Assembly: GCF_006345805.1 (NCBI RefSeq)
Contig: NC_043001.1
Span: 40,052,001-40,116,000 of the forward strand
From: Octopus sinensis
Taxonomy: Eukaryota
Reading direction: 5' to 3'
DNA: 64,000 nt
Below are positions 1-12,999 of this stretch, in pieces (the stretch's first letter is position 1; each line of letters begins with the position of its first letter). Both the position numbers and the translations under genes were made by a program. Below the pieces are notes generated by a model. The model searched no databases, was not told where the DNA came from, and was given only the letters and a program-made list of their open reading frames with translations.

Positions 1-350
1 TAGCAGAGTGGATCCTACTTGAGTCACAGACTGGCTTCAAAGCTGAATGTTCAACTACAGATACGATCTTTACTTTGCGACAGTTACAAGAAAATGTCAA
101 AAGCAAAGAAAATCCCTCTACATTGTATTCGTTGACCTTACGAAAGTTTTCGATACAGAAAGAAGATAGGTTACCGAGCACCTCTTGGTTTGTTTTAAAA
201 CGTGTTGTGCCATAGCGAGATTCACTCTTCATCCCACCTTAGTTACCAAGTTAGTTTTCGACTGTGATATATCTTCCATTCTTAAATCCAACGTTTTATG
301 GTGTTTGTTGCATTTGCAAATGGGCCAACTTTTGCACATGCTTGGTAGTA
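1..350 (+). mobile_element. Decayed RTE-clade LINE, reverse transcriptase fragment
   Basis: Translates with frameshifts to ESQTGFKAECSTTDTIFTLRQLQE..KSLYIVFVDLTKVFDT, the typical RTE RT motif QxGFR...T.D.IF.LRQLQEK...LY..FVDL.KAFD. Confidence 0.75.
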
Positions 351-379
351 ACTGTTTTAAGTGATAGCAAAGTGACTAA

Positions 380-700
380 GGATGGTGGTGGTGGTGACGA
401 CGTCTTTGCTTGGTAGTGTGACGACTGAATTTTCTACTGTTCAAGTGGTAGCTGCGACAGTGCTATTTCTGTTGTCACTGTCGGCGCTGATGTGGTAATG
501 GTGACGGTGGTGTTTGACAAGTTGTTATTATTCTCTTTGGCATGTTGTTGGCTGCAGTTTACTTTGTCGTTCTCGTTGGCGGCGGCAACAGCGATATCAA
601 TATCGCCGCTCGCTCTTGTTTTTTGTTTCCATTGTTGTAGTTGTTGCTATTGCTGATACTGCAGCTTATTTCTCATTACAGTAGCTGTGTTGTAGCTTTT
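380..700. repeat. Degenerate (GTT/GGT/GCT)n low-complexity tract
   Basis: Imperfect trinucleotide periodicity; similar tracts at about 1780-1920, 2140-2400 and 8330-8390. Confidence 0.6.
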
Positions 701-999
701 TAGAATTTGTACTTTGATATCTTCGTTCTTGAAAGAGATAGACTCAGAGGCAGGTCCTACCCTCTTTTCAAATTCCCCTCCCACTCCCCCTTCCAAAAAT
801 CTCAAGCAGTTATTTATCGTAACAAATCTCTTGCTAACAGATAGCTAACTTTTATCTGACGGATAAATACAGCTTGTTCTTCACGGCCAAAGGAAGGCAA
901 TGAGATGATCTTCACAATGGACTCGGCTGATAACTGGATCGGTCCTTGGTGTGACCCTAAGTTTTCGACATAACTCTATAACTTAACAATATTGGGGAC

Positions 1000-1440
1000 A
1001 ATATTAGTGCATGCAGAACAGTTTCGTCACTGCACGCGTTTCGAACAGGCCAGTAGAGTTTGCCATGAACAACAATGCCCCAGTAGGACTGTCACACCAG
1101 ATATTTCAGGAAATACACATGATACACCGGAGGGCTCTCTCTCCCCAACTCAAAAGTTCTATGGAACAGACCAGCCAGTTGATTTTCGTCGATGCCCAGT
1201 GTAACCTATCCGTCCAGCGTCCCACAACGCTGTTAGACACTGCCTACATGTTGATACATTTCAGACAGTTGGAAACGTCTGAGCACGTTTGTGAGGCTTT
1301 TGAACACCCCTCTTCTATTTGCTATCACCACACAGTCCAATCGCGCATCTGAAATATTGTTACAATGCACCACTGCTCTAAGGAGCATCTAGTAATCTGA
1401 GGTCGTTGAGCAGGTCGCCCTGCTTCCAAGGTCACGCACA
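1000..1440 (-). mobile_element. Tx1/L1-like LINE, APE endonuclease-region fragment
   Basis: Homologous to 6040-6600 (ctcacaaac.tgctcagacg.t.ccaactgtctgaaa and caa.gacct.ag.t.a.tag are shared), which lies upstream of a Tx1 RT. Confidence 0.55.
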
Positions 1441-1968
1441 TTTACATTGTGTGTTCTAAGTAAGGGCACGTTCGACAGAAGGAGGAAAGTTAAAAAGACC
1501 TGCTTACATTGATTCTGTAGCTGGAGACAGATGCTCCGTCTTTTTAATGTTTCCATAAGTAGTTCTTGGAATAGTCGTTTGTTAATCTTTTCTCTGAAAT
1601 CTCGTACGCTGTTAACATATTTGTTTTCTAAAACATAGTATGAGTTTTGTGCTATTCGACGACTTTTATTTATGTTGGTATGCTATTCGCTGATGTGATG
1701 AAATCGGTTTGAGTAATGTTTGTGTATTAATGTACATGTTTAATTCTTTGTTCTTATATTTTATGTAGTTATACATTTATGGTTCTATGGGGTTGTTGTT
1801 CTGGCTGTTATTTTGGAAGCAGATTGAGTTCTGCCACTGAATGTGATGTTGGTTGTAATTGTAGTGGTTGTGACTGTGGTGAAGGTAATGGTGATGATGT
1901 TATAATTGCTGTTGGCTATATTTGTGGTGTTTATGTGTCATGTTTCTTCTGTCCGTTTGATCCTCCCA

Positions 1969-2000
<32 letters not shown>

Positions 2001-2559
2001 GCTTTTTCATGTTTTTCTCATTTTTTCTTTTCTTGACTATTTTCACCGTTCGGTTTTTTCCCTACCACCTTATCTACATAAGTGGTCCCTAGCTGGAAGG
2101 GACATTTCATAGGGTGTGGGTCATTGTATTTTTTTGTTCTGCTGTTGTTTGCGGACTTTCAGCAGCTGTTGGTGATTATGTGGTGACCTTTGAGGGCAGT
2201 GTTTCGTTTGTCCTTTTAGTTGCTGTTGCTTTTGTCGTCGGTGCTCTTGTTTCTATTGTTATTGCTGCTGCTTCTACTGTTGCTTACAGCAGCTGCCTAT
2301 CTCACTGTTGCAGTTGCTTCCATTGTTGCCGATGTTGCTTTTGTGACGGCACGCTACCGCTGGTACTGCTGCTGCTTTTGTTGTTTACGAGGGACGTTCA
2401 ATAAGTAATGCCCCTGACCCACTTGCAGTTGTTTGATCTAGCTGAAATTTTGCATGTGCAATTATTTATATCTCTATAGATTCAGTGGCAAATTACAGCT
2501 CTGAGCTAATTGAGGTTTCTGATTGACAGGTGTTTGAACTGAGTCAAGCCATAGAATGT

Positions 2560-3196
2560 TTGTATGATGTTTTTTAACAATGCCTCAAAACTGTTTTATC
2601 GATAACCAGGTGATCCTTGGTACCCTGAGATGGACGCACTATATCTGACCACCGCAACTACCCAGACATTGGCTCTTATGCTGTAAATACTAATATGAAG
2701 TAACAGAGAACTGGTATGAGCATGTACCAAGTAAAGTTATGCAGGAGGATGGAAAAGTAACGATATTCTTGGACTATGATTTTCAGACGGATCGTGTAAT
2801 CGAACACCGTTGGCCGGATATTGCCATATTGAATAAGAAAGACAAATACTGTCAGATCATTGATGTAGCCATACCAAATGACATAAATTTTGTGAGTAAA
2901 GAGGTTGAAAAAATTACCAAGTACTCCGAATTGAAAGTGGAAATTGCAAGACTGTATGGAATGCGAGAGGGTAATATGATACCAGTGGTGATCGCAGCGC
3001 TGGGCTCAATCCCATTGAAACTTCAAAACTTTTTAAGGCAACTGGAAATTTCATGCAAGATTGATGTCTTGCAAAAAGCAGACTTATTGAGCACAGCGCA
3101 CATCTTAAGGAAAGTATTATTTGTCTGAGGTCCTTGTTGTGACTTGACAGATGACTAAAGACTCCGGTGCATTTTTACCTACACTGTGTTACGAAG

Positions 3197-3200
<4 letters not shown>
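2560..3200 (+). mobile_element. 3' end of an R4/Dong-like non-LTR retrotransposon with restriction-like endonuclease (REL) domain
   Basis: ORF 2739-3128: DFQTDRVIEHRWPDIAILNKKDKYCQIIDVAIPND...KITKYSELKVEIARL...PVVIAALGS...LQKADLLSTAHILRKVL (RPD..D..KY motif); short 3' UTR then a (TAA)n tail. Confidence 0.85.

Positions 3201-3264
<64 letters not shown>
3198..3264 (+). repeat. (TAA)n microsatellite, tail or target of the R4/Dong-like element
   Basis: Perfect AAT repeat directly after the element 3' UTR. Confidence 0.95.
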
Positions 3265-4529
3265 GTTTCAAATTCTTGTACAAGGCCAACAACAACAACA
3301 ATTAATAATAATCTCCAAAAATATCATCTGTGCCTCTCAGACAATTGCAGTACAAATCATAGCATATAGTTTTGAAGTATTAGACTCTAACAGACCTAGA
3401 TATTATAAGTTAATTCCAGGTAGGTGGTCTATTGAGTGTCAGATAACATTTTAAGAATACTATTATTAATATTATTCACTACCGTTCCAACTGCTAACAA
3501 ATTGTGTTGCATACATTTGTTAAGTATGATTGTAATAAAAGTAATAATTCGATAAGACGACATCTGCAAAATTCACACAAGAAATCGATTTAGGTTTCAG
3601 AAAATTAAAACCTCAAACTAAGTCGGCAGAAAAATAAAGATACTAAAACACGTATATGACAACCTCCGAACCAACATAGGATCCTTTGTGCGTACGGTCA
3701 TTTGACGTTCTAAAGTCAGGGTCGTCGTTACCGGAACCCATTCAGTCATAGATATACTCGATTAATGCTGACTTGAGGCTAAAAAAGCCAACAACTATAA
3801 AAATATACCTGTACAAGATAAATACTTCCATGAACAGAACAGCTGACAAATGAATAAAAAACTGATCTGAATTGCCATACATGAAAAGAGCTCAATTGCT
3901 GCAATGCACATTAAGGTGAATATTTGTTTTCCTATATTGTAGATTACAAATATCGCCATTATGATCTATTCTAAGAAACAATATGCCACACATTAGTTTC
4001 CACCTAACTTAGAAACATAGTAACATAGTAAAACTGCTCTATATATCATCGGTAGCCAAGTTTCAACTTTGTGGTACTCGTATGAACCACAACATGTGTC
4101 AGCATACAACTTGACTACAAGATACTTGACTACGATTTTTTACGATAAAAGTGAAGATAGTCTTAATAATTGACACAGAAAAGCAGAAAAACTATAATAT
4201 TGAACAGAAGCGCGCTGAAAATCTAAAGAATTTACGCATCATCTAAATTACACTGATTTAATAATTTATTTAAAGACGTTATAGTATTTAGGATTTTGTT
4301 CATCATTTCATTTAGAATAATGCACAGTCGCTTCTATAAATACATAAACGAGTTACTTACAGGAACAGACGCGGAAATGTTCGATAAAATAATATTGTTA
4401 GTCTCAGTAAGATGTGTTATCATTAGATGTTTTTGATGTAATAAAAAAAACGCAGTTAATTTTTAAACCATAAATAATCAACAACTGCAACATTAATCAT
4501 TCTTTTAATACAAACAGGAGGCTTGGAAT

Positions 4530-4711
4530 TTAGAGGAGAGGAGGTTAGTTAATTACAGCGATCCCGGTACTTGACTGGTACTTATTTTATCGACCCCGTA
4601 AGGATGAAAAGCAGAGTTGACCTCGGCGGAAATTAAACTCGGAACGTAAAGCCGGAAAAAAGGCCGCTGAGAAGTTTGTCCGGAGTGCTAAAGATTCTGC
4701 GAGCTCGCCAC

Positions 4712-4712
<1 letters not shown>
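4530..4712 (-). mobile_element. tRNA-derived SINE, family B (Meta-domain-like core)
   Basis: ctggtacttattttatcgacccc..aaggatgaaa.gc..agt.gacctcggcgga.tt..aactc.gaacgtaa; the head reads ggcgagct.gcagaatc on the minus strand. Confidence 0.8.
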
Positions 4713-4767
<55 letters not shown>

Positions 4768-4769
<2 letters not shown>

Positions 4770-4960
4770 TTCTTTATTGCCCACGAGGGGCCAAACATAG
4801 AGGGGACAAACAAGAACAGACAAAGGGATGAAGTCGATTACATCAACCCCACTGCGAAACTGGTACTTTATTTATCGACCCCGAAAGGATGAAAGGCAAA
4901 GTCGACCTCGGTGGAATTTGAACACAGAACGTAACGACAGACGAAATACCGCTAAGCATA
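4768..4960 (-). mobile_element. SINE family B with alternative tail (type 2)
   Basis: Same core as 4530-4712, with tail tttctttattgcccac.aggggc.aaaca.agaggggacaaacaag; separated from the previous copy by (TAA)n at about 4714-4767. Confidence 0.8.
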
Positions 4961-4963
4961 ATA

Positions 4964-4995
<32 letters not shown>

Positions 4996-5169
4996 AACAA
5001 CAACAACAATAATAATTTGATTAATGATTTAATTTATTGGCGACCAGAGTAACGGATAAAAGGTACATTACAGAAAGGTCGTAAAAAGTTTATATTGAAA
5101 TCGGGTGAGAAAAAGTATCAAAAAAATTTAGAATGATTTTTTTTTAAAAAGTATATACATTATACAAAT

Positions 5170-7000
5170 ATATTCTCAGCATAGAGGACTGCACTTAGTG
5201 CCATCTAGGAATCCCCCAAATCCAAAGTTACCCTGTCTATTGGGCAATTTCTGTAATGTCTGATACTATTGTGGTGATATCGTCCGTATAAACCGACATA
5301 ACTCTTTTACATCCCAGTTTGAACAGGATGATCCTCAACAACTACAGTTTCCACAGTATTGTGTCAAGAATCATTACAACCAAAAGAATTGAAAGCGAAC
5401 ACACTCGAAGGACTGCACGTCTGATTCGAAACAGTTCTGATAGATGGTCGTTTACTCTGACCATCTGGCAGATATTGTATTGCAATGAAGCGATCCAGTT
5501 TCTAAAATGGAAATTGGAACTGACTGCCTTGAAGACAATTGTCAAACTTAATCGAAAGCTATTAATTGATTTATATTCATCAGAGCCCACCGAATGATGG
5601 TTTGTTACTCACCTTCTCTTCAATGTATTGCCTGGAGTAGAGATAGTCATAAACATATCTGCATAAAATCGCTCAGCGCTTTACTTTACCGGCGAAACTA
5701 CTCAAGAGAAGCACAAGTCTCTTTGCTAATGCCTTGGCTAACATCTTAAACTCAATATTCAACAGAGTTATGGGCCAGGAATTAACACTGCCACCACTCC
5801 CAGCTCATAGAAATGCGTCTTCTACTTTGTTCACCTCATTTATGGCTCTCGATCACTACTTCTTCACTAAACTTTATCGATTCTGTTCTAATCACCCACC
5901 TTTTTTCAAATGACCAGTTGAGGATCACCCCGTCAACTGCCGCTCAACTAATTCACTAATCCGACCACTATGGTCTTAGCGCGCCAGGATAGGCAAATTA
6001 ATTTGTGGTGTGTGTAGCTAACCACTTGAAATTGATGACATCCTACATATCTCTATCTAAGTAAAACTTTTGGTATGATGTGGATGACCAGTTGCGGTTG
6101 TTCTGCCTACTGGCACATTTGTAAAATCTACTCGATGTCTTTCAGACAGTTGGTATCGTCTGAGCAGGTTTGTGAGCCTATTACACTCCTTCTGCCGTGG
6201 GCTAACAGTACATAACCCGTCATGTATGCAATTCCAGTTCTTCGAGTGTACTAAAGAGCGGGATATTTCAAAAACGTTTCTAGACACCTCAAGAAATGTG
6301 GTCGCTGCATATATAATTAACTAATCTGAAAATGCTGTCTTCGCTACCGTTTACGTCCAGCAGTATCGATTTGTTGTCGAGTAAAGGAAAATCGTCCGTA
6401 CCTCGAGATTCAATCCTTTTCGAAATAACACTCAAATCGTCTCCCTATTCTGACGAACTACAAGATTCAGGCACTTCATAGTCGTCAAAAATGAGCGCGA
6501 CTATTTGCAATCTGGAAATTCTGGTTTTGCCGATGGCTACAAAATGCATGTCTAATGACCTAAGGTCATTGAGCAAATGACTTTGCTTCCAAGTGAACCC
6601 CAGACTGTGTACATTTATACATCACACACTGAACACATTCATATCTGCGGAAAAATGAAACAGGAAAAGGTCAAACACCTTAATTTTCAAGAAAACCGGA
6701 TAATCTTGTCCTTTCTTCAGTAGAATTTTTTTGTCTACTTTTTCCGGAAAATTCCGACACAGGAAAGGAATTTATGCTTTAATCCGTTTAGAAATCTGCG
6801 GGCGTTTTCTTTGTAGTCTATTTTTGGCATTTTGAGGATGAATTCCGTAAAGCTCTTCTTTTGTTTCAGTTTTATCCTTGAGATATTTTGATAGACACTC
6901 CATCAATTTACTGCTGTTTCTATTTACAACAGTGAAATTGACAGAATTAATTTTTGCATGTTTCAACAGTTTTTTTGGGGGGGGTTTTGACACTTTTTAG
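5170..7000 (-). mobile_element. Decayed Tx1/L1-clade LINE (ORF1 end, APE, RT)
   Basis: Minus-strand translation gives PITLLNIEFKMLAKALAKRL (about 5720-5790), FKAVSSNFHFRNWIASLQYNICQMVRVNDHLSELFRIRR (RT domains 3-4), MSVYTDDITTIV (YADD box, about 5270-5300) and an APE LDR-like motif near 6050. Confidence 0.8.
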
Positions 7001-7057
7001 TATTTTTAGTGTTCTTATGTTTACGTATTTTCTTAATGTGGCTGACGCGAAAATAGG

Positions 7058-7214
7058 TTATTCTTTTGTAAGCCCAGTACTTATTCTATCGGTCTCTTTT
7101 TGCCGAACCGCTAAATAACGGGGACATAAACACACCAGCATCGGTTGTCAAGCAATGCTAGGGGGACAAACACAGACACAAAAACTTAACTAACTAAACT
7201 AACAAACACACACA

Positions 7215-7288
<74 letters not shown>

Positions 7289-7454
7289 TACGACGGGCTT
7301 CTTTCAGTTTCCGTCTACCAAATCCACTCACAAGGCTTTGGTCGGCCCGAGGCTATAGTAGAAGACACTTGCCCAAGGTGCCACGCAGTGGGACTGAACC
7401 CGGAACCATGTGGTTCGTAAACAAGCTACTTACCACACAGCCACTCCTGCGCCT
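7058..7454 (-). mobile_element. tRNA-derived CORE-like SINE, family A, with internal (TA)n
   Basis: Minus-strand head aggcgcaggagtggctgtgtggtaagtagcttg..ttccgggttcagtcccactgcgtggcaccttgggcaagtgtc (A/B boxes plus CORE-like ccttgggcaagt); internal (TA)n at about 7219-7290. Confidence 0.85.
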
Positions 7455-7554
7455 GTGGATTTGGTTACTTTTATTGTTCTCGATGTGGCTTTAGTGGTTT
7501 ACTAGATGGTGAGGGTAATTAGTCCCATCCCTGTCTACTTCACTGGCGATTGTG

Positions 7555-7555
7555 C

Positions 7556-7610
<55 letters not shown>

Positions 7611-7612
7611 TG
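7555..7612 (+). repeat. (CGTG)n microsatellite
   Basis: Near-perfect tetranucleotide repeat. Confidence 0.95.
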
Positions 7613-7770
7613 TGTGTGGGTGTCGGAAGAGGAGGAGGATCTATAATCCTTTTTCTCTTTGCTCCTCTGAGTTTTCTCCTTTTCCTTCTTGTCATTTGAT
7701 GACGTCTCAAAAGATGAGGAATGAAGACATACTGGTGCATACCTGCACGTTTATTCTTTTCTACCCTAAG

Positions 7771-8157
7771 GCATAAGGCCCGAAATTTTGTGGGAGGGGG
7801 ACAGTCGATTAGATCGACCCCAGTGAGCGACTGGTACTTAATTTATCGACCCCCGAAAGGATGAAAGGCAGAATCGACCTCAGCAGAATTTAAACTCAGA
7901 ACGTAAAGATAGACGAAATACCTATTTCTTTACTACCCACAAAGGCTAAACACAGAGAGGACAAACAAGGCCAGACAAACGGATTAAGTCGATTACATTA
8001 ACCCCAGTGCATAACTGGTACTTATTTAATCGACCCCGAAAGGATGAATGGCAAAGTAGACCTCGGCGGAATTTGAACTCAGAACGTAGCGGCAGACGAA
8101 ATACCGCCAAGCATTTCGCCCGGCGTGCTAACGATTTTGCCAGCTCGCCGCCTTTAC
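7771..8157 (-). mobile_element. Dimeric or nested SINE family B (type-2-tail copy fused to a head-truncated type-1-tail copy)
   Basis: Two consecutive cores (about 7800-7920 and 7990-8157), joined at gacgaaatacc|tatttctttactacccac. Confidence 0.8.
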
Positions 8158-8944
8158 CTGCACGTTTATCGTCATTTGTGCTTGTGCTGTATCGGTGTTG
8201 GTTGGAGGAGGGCATTTCTGTAAGGCTTTCTGTTTCGAAGGTGGCCGCAGTGATAGTACCACTGGTGCTGATGCTGGTAGCGTTTAAATACATTCGCTAC
8301 TTCGTAACTGATTTGGGTTTTTGATGCCGTTATTGGTTAATGCTGTTCTTGTTGTTACAGTTATTGCTGTTGTGGTGACATTGGCACCAAGGAGTTTTAC
8401 AACCTCTGTCTAAGGGTAGAAAGGCCCTCTGGTGGCTAGTGCAACCACAAGTTTAACACAAGCCCTCTACCGCAATTCTTATTGGGCCTCTTCTCTCCAA
8501 GTAAATTAGGTTGGATATCTTTTGCAAGTTTTCCTGTGTGGACCATAACAATACCTCTAATTTTATTTCAGCTCAATTCTTGTGACAGGAGTTAACCTCG
8601 AATAGCAAATTTTTCAATGAATCTGCAAGATCATAATAAAGTATTTTATATTTATGGTGGTACATTTCTGTATATCACCTTGCTTACTCGCCATCCCAAA
8701 AACGATGATAAACATTCTTCGTGGGAGCATGTATGGAAATTTTTTTCTTTTCTTTTTATCATATCTTTATTGAGACAGAACCACCACCGTCACATGTTTC
8801 CTTCCTTTCCTCACATGCCATATTGAACGTCACATGCCTTTTATACATTTCTCGCTTTGTGCTGGAGATATGGTAGTCAACATTTCCCGTCTTTCTGTCT
8901 ATGTATTGTAATTGAGGGACCTTCTTTTAATTGTTTCTTTAATT

Positions 8945-9060
8945 GGGGTTTGAATAATTCACCCTTGGAAGCATGGGTGTTTCGTTCATCATCCTTAAAC
9001 ATCTTTTTGAGCGGGATGGACTACTCGACCCGAAGAAAATTGTAACTGGACTCCACCTAA
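8945..9060 (+). repeat. Fragment of the dispersed repeat seen at 32010-32567 (opposite orientation)
   Basis: ggggtttgaataattcacc..tggaa.catgggtg...catccttaaaca..ttttgagcgggatgg.tactcga.c.gaagaaaatt.taactgg.ctccacct is the reverse complement of about 32180-32310. Confidence 0.75.
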
Positions 9061-9809
9061 AAAGTCATTTGCTTTTTATTTTGATATATGCGGTTACCAT
9101 GTTTGAAATGGACGAAAAAGGAAATATCAATAATTGTATTAATGATAGTATTGATATTAGTTGATTTGATTCAGAGAAATCAGTTTCCAATGAATTCTGA
9201 CACTTATAAATTGATGCGACTACTTCTCAAAAAATGTGTCCTTGTCAATAATATCGTTCCCAATTATATATTTTTCCCTCTTTTGCTATCTATCCTGCAT
9301 AATTAAATCATTTGAACAATTAGTTTTATTGCAGTTAAATAAACAAATTACTGCTAGTTGTATATTCGAGAAGTATACATAATTTTACTGACCTAAATTC
9401 ATTTGACTGTTCATAATACAATTTTGAGAAGCATCACGTTACTGGAAAATACGTTCACAAAAATTGTGAACAGTTTAATAGTTGCTGTTGACAACAAATG
9501 CAAAGTAATTATCTTATTAACTGATCTTTCTGTTGATTTTCACTCTACTACTAACCATGATTGTTTATAATTGGAATACGGATTTTCCCCTTCCACAAAC
9601 TGGACAAATGATGTTACACAGTATGTACCGACGAAGGTCAAAAATGATTAGCACAACTGGATGTTCTGAAAATGTGGAAGAATTAGAAAATTGAGGGGAA
9701 AAAAATCAAGTGGGAGTGAAAATATTCTATGAAATTAGAATGAAAATATCAATAAAAAAAGTGGCATCAGCGAATTAGGATTTCTTCCGCTGGTACAAGA
9801 CTGCTGTAA

Positions 9810-10150
9810 ATTTGTAATGGCAAAGATAGAGTCGATAGAATTCACCGAGGCAGCCATAACTGGTACTTATTTTATCAGCTCCGAGGGATTAGATACAAAG
9901 TTACCCAAGTAGATTTCAAATTGGAACATACAAATAAAATAATATTGATTTCAAATTTTGGCACAAGGCTATCAAGTCCGGGGAAGGGGTAAGTGGATTA
10001 CATCGACTCCAATGCTCAACCGGTGCTTATTTTATCAATCCCGAAAGGATGAAAGGCAAAGTCGACCTCGACAGAATTTGAACCCAAAACGGAAAAACAG
10101 ACGAAATGCCGCTAAGCATTTTGCCCGCTCACGAATCTGCCAGCTCACAG
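9810..10150 (-). mobile_element. Two tandem SINE family B copies (degenerate, then better preserved)
   Basis: ctggtacttattttatc core at about 9860 and a second core at about 10020-10145 with tail ggcacaaggc. Confidence 0.7.
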
Positions 10151-11229
10151 CTAGAGAAAAAAATTAATTTAGTTAATTTGCAATTCCACGTGATCTGTGA
10201 TTATGTATAACAACTTTGTCGTATCCTGTAGAATGCCTTAGATCTCTATCGTAAACATTTACTTGATATTAAATGTATGAACGATTTTATAGCAAAACTC
10301 ATGAACAAAATTTAAAGATGTGTGCAAGGTTTAATCAATAACTAGTAAATTTTGTATTATTTAAATTCATATTCTACATAATATAAGCGACAGAGGTGTT
10401 TAATTTTAAGAGGTAATTGAACTATTCCCATCATCCCTATCTTTCACAATGAAATATTTTTCTTATATGTCTATAATTAGATGTACTGCTCTCTGCATGT
10501 TTCGTTTTCACTCGTTTTAAGTTGATTTTATTACTTTCACTCGTTTTAAGTGTCTAGATAATTCCTCCGTCTTATATTGTTTGAAGTTCTCAGTTTCTGT
10601 TATAAATACCTCCTATCTAATGTTCCATATCTGCTGGCGATAGTTAACTGATTTGTCGACCCACAGCTTTTACTTTACCCAGTGGGTAGTATATCTTTAT
10701 GTACTGATATTCTAATGTTCTTCCTTTGTAATAAATTTATTCTTTCTGTTGAGTTATTACATAAGATTCTGCTTTATTTCTCTTACTAATTATAACTTTA
10801 TAGAATCATATAGGATAGCATTGAAGTAATCATATGTAAGTGCTTCCTTCTATTTTAACACATATTGAAATTTCGAGTATACATCAATAGTATCAGCAAA
10901 CTTTGTTTACTTTGTTTACTACTTAACTTGAGCCGAAATTAAGAAAATACTATTCCCAGAAATTGTAAAAACTTGGTAGTTGTTATTGTCGTGTAACGAA
11001 TCCTAGGATTTGAACCCCTTTTTCTAAATTACCAGATTAGTGCTATTAGTGAACCACAATTGAAACATGTAATTTTCACATGTACACTTTATTTATCGAC
11101 AAATCAGATTGCAGGAGAACACGCCACAAAATTAGAAGAATAGTGAATGTACTTGAGTTTCGTGCGCTTTTCCCATGTGAAAAGTAAAGCCCGCGAGGAT
11201 CATTAGCAGACGTTGGGAGCGATCAAGGA

Positions 11230-11610
11230 GCATGTATCTCACTTCTCTGCAAAGGCCATCTTCTAGCAATATAGTTTCAACTTTCATCTTTTATAAAGAT
11301 TTTCTAACTAGCTGCTTTGCTTGTTGCAAGATCAGTAACTTGTTGTCACTTATTTCTCTATATATTGTGAGCTGGAGCGAAATACTGCTAATTCTGGCAG
11401 ATGGGTGTTCACCACTACTGAGGATGAATATTATGGCTCGAAACCACACTGTCTGGTGATCCCGTCATCTGCTATAAGATGGTAGGGGTTCGCTCCTCTA
11501 CTTGCAATATAGATTGGGTGTGGATTGCATCGATAACCAGTTGGAGGAGGCTCTTCCTAGGGTTAAAAACGGTAGCAACGTTGGTTCCTACGGACAGCCA
11601 TATTAAAGTG
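11230..11610 (-). mobile_element. Degenerate LINE fragment (probably RTE endonuclease/linker)
   Basis: Minus-strand remnants resembling the APE C-terminal DYI...SDH region; heavily decayed. Confidence 0.35.
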
Positions 11611-11623
11611 CCATTAGACATTA

Positions 11624-11665
<42 letters not shown>

Positions 11666-12619
11666 AACATACATGCATATGTGTGTACATATATATATAT
11701 ATATATGGATAGATGAATGGATGTGTGCGCACGTGCGTTCAGCCTTCCCTTAAATAAACGTATTGTAAAATATTTGCAAGTTCTATTTCTGTTTACAACA
11801 CACGCAACCAACTTAATCCATTAAAATCTTCCACCAAAGACCACAGCGACAATGAAGACCCAACCAGTACACATATCCGTTCCGTTGTTTCACAATGTGT
11901 CCCCCTTGATCCATCAGACCTATGATCATTAGAATTATAGCTGTGAACATCCTTGCCTTATTTTATGTTTGATTGTAATATTTGAGAGATATGGCCACGT
12001 AGATGCTCTCTAATTATTTTATGATTCGACAGTCAGTGACAGAAGTCCATCTATTTGGAATTATCAAAACACCATCAATCTGTTTCTTAATCTAATCAAA
12101 TACATAATTCAGAAGCATAATTTTTCTTTGCATTCACAAGTTGAAATTGAAATTAACTAAAATCATTCGCGAGATAGAGTCTCGGGAGTTTTCCTATAAT
12201 GCAATTTGCTGAACGATATTTTGAATATTTGTCAAGTTTTTTGTTGCCGATGTCTAAATTGTACATTTCTATCTCTTAGCAGAACTGAACCATTATGTTA
12301 AGAAAGTACCTACTGCATACTTCTTTTCATCTTTCAAACAATTCATCACTGTCCTCTCCGTCATCATTCATCCTAAACATTATATACATAACAATAATTT
12401 ACAGTTTGGTGTTCCCCTTAATAATAACTTGTATTTTCTTAGCTGTCCGCCATTGGCAACGATGATCCTCTCGTTACTGCCATCCGGAAGTACATATATG
12501 CAAACCGGATCGTAAAGGGTTGTTGCTGGATTTTTGGAACGCGGACCGAGTTTCATCATTCCATTTCTTGTAGCTGGTGTACTTGTATGTTTTGGGGTTT
12601 TTATTTTTTATCATTTGAA

Positions 12620-12860
12620 TACGGCTGAGCGCCAACTAATGCGTTCTATGACCAGTTGTACCGCTTAGTACCGTTTCAGCAACTAGCTGTATTGCTTTTT
12701 TTTTTTAGCTTCGCTAACGTAAGCTTTTGTTTGCTGTTCTGAATTAAAAACTGCTTTAGGAAGACGGGTATCAGACATATGAACAAAGTAGCCCACATAC
12801 CTCAGCTCTACTTTTGTCGCCATGTTTCTAATATTGAGATGTAACATCCTAAGTATTTGT
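12620..12860 (-). mobile_element. RTE LINE ORF C-terminal fragment
   Basis: Minus-strand ELRYVGYFVHMSDTRLPKAVFNSE, matching QLRW.GH..RM.D.RLPK.VFYGE. Confidence 0.65.
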
Positions 12861-12999
12861 AATATTCAGTGGTTTGCAATATGATTACCGTCGTAATCGT
12901 ATTGCAAACCAGCGAAAATTACAAATACTTAGGAGGTTATATATATGGAGTGAAGAAATTATACCTCAGGATTTCAAAGATTGAGTATCAATATACGAC

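Noticed and set aside
3151-3369. Homopolymeric or dipeptide ORFs (poly-I, poly-L, YI, CV, HT, RA) here and at about 2220, 7540, 11479, 29523, 31207, 35143-35935 and 54521
   Set aside because: They are translations of microsatellites, not genes
12440-12560. Minus-strand YVLPDGSNERI reminiscent of actin YELPDG...NERF
   Set aside because: Similarity limited to a few residues with wrong spacing and no flanking actin sequence
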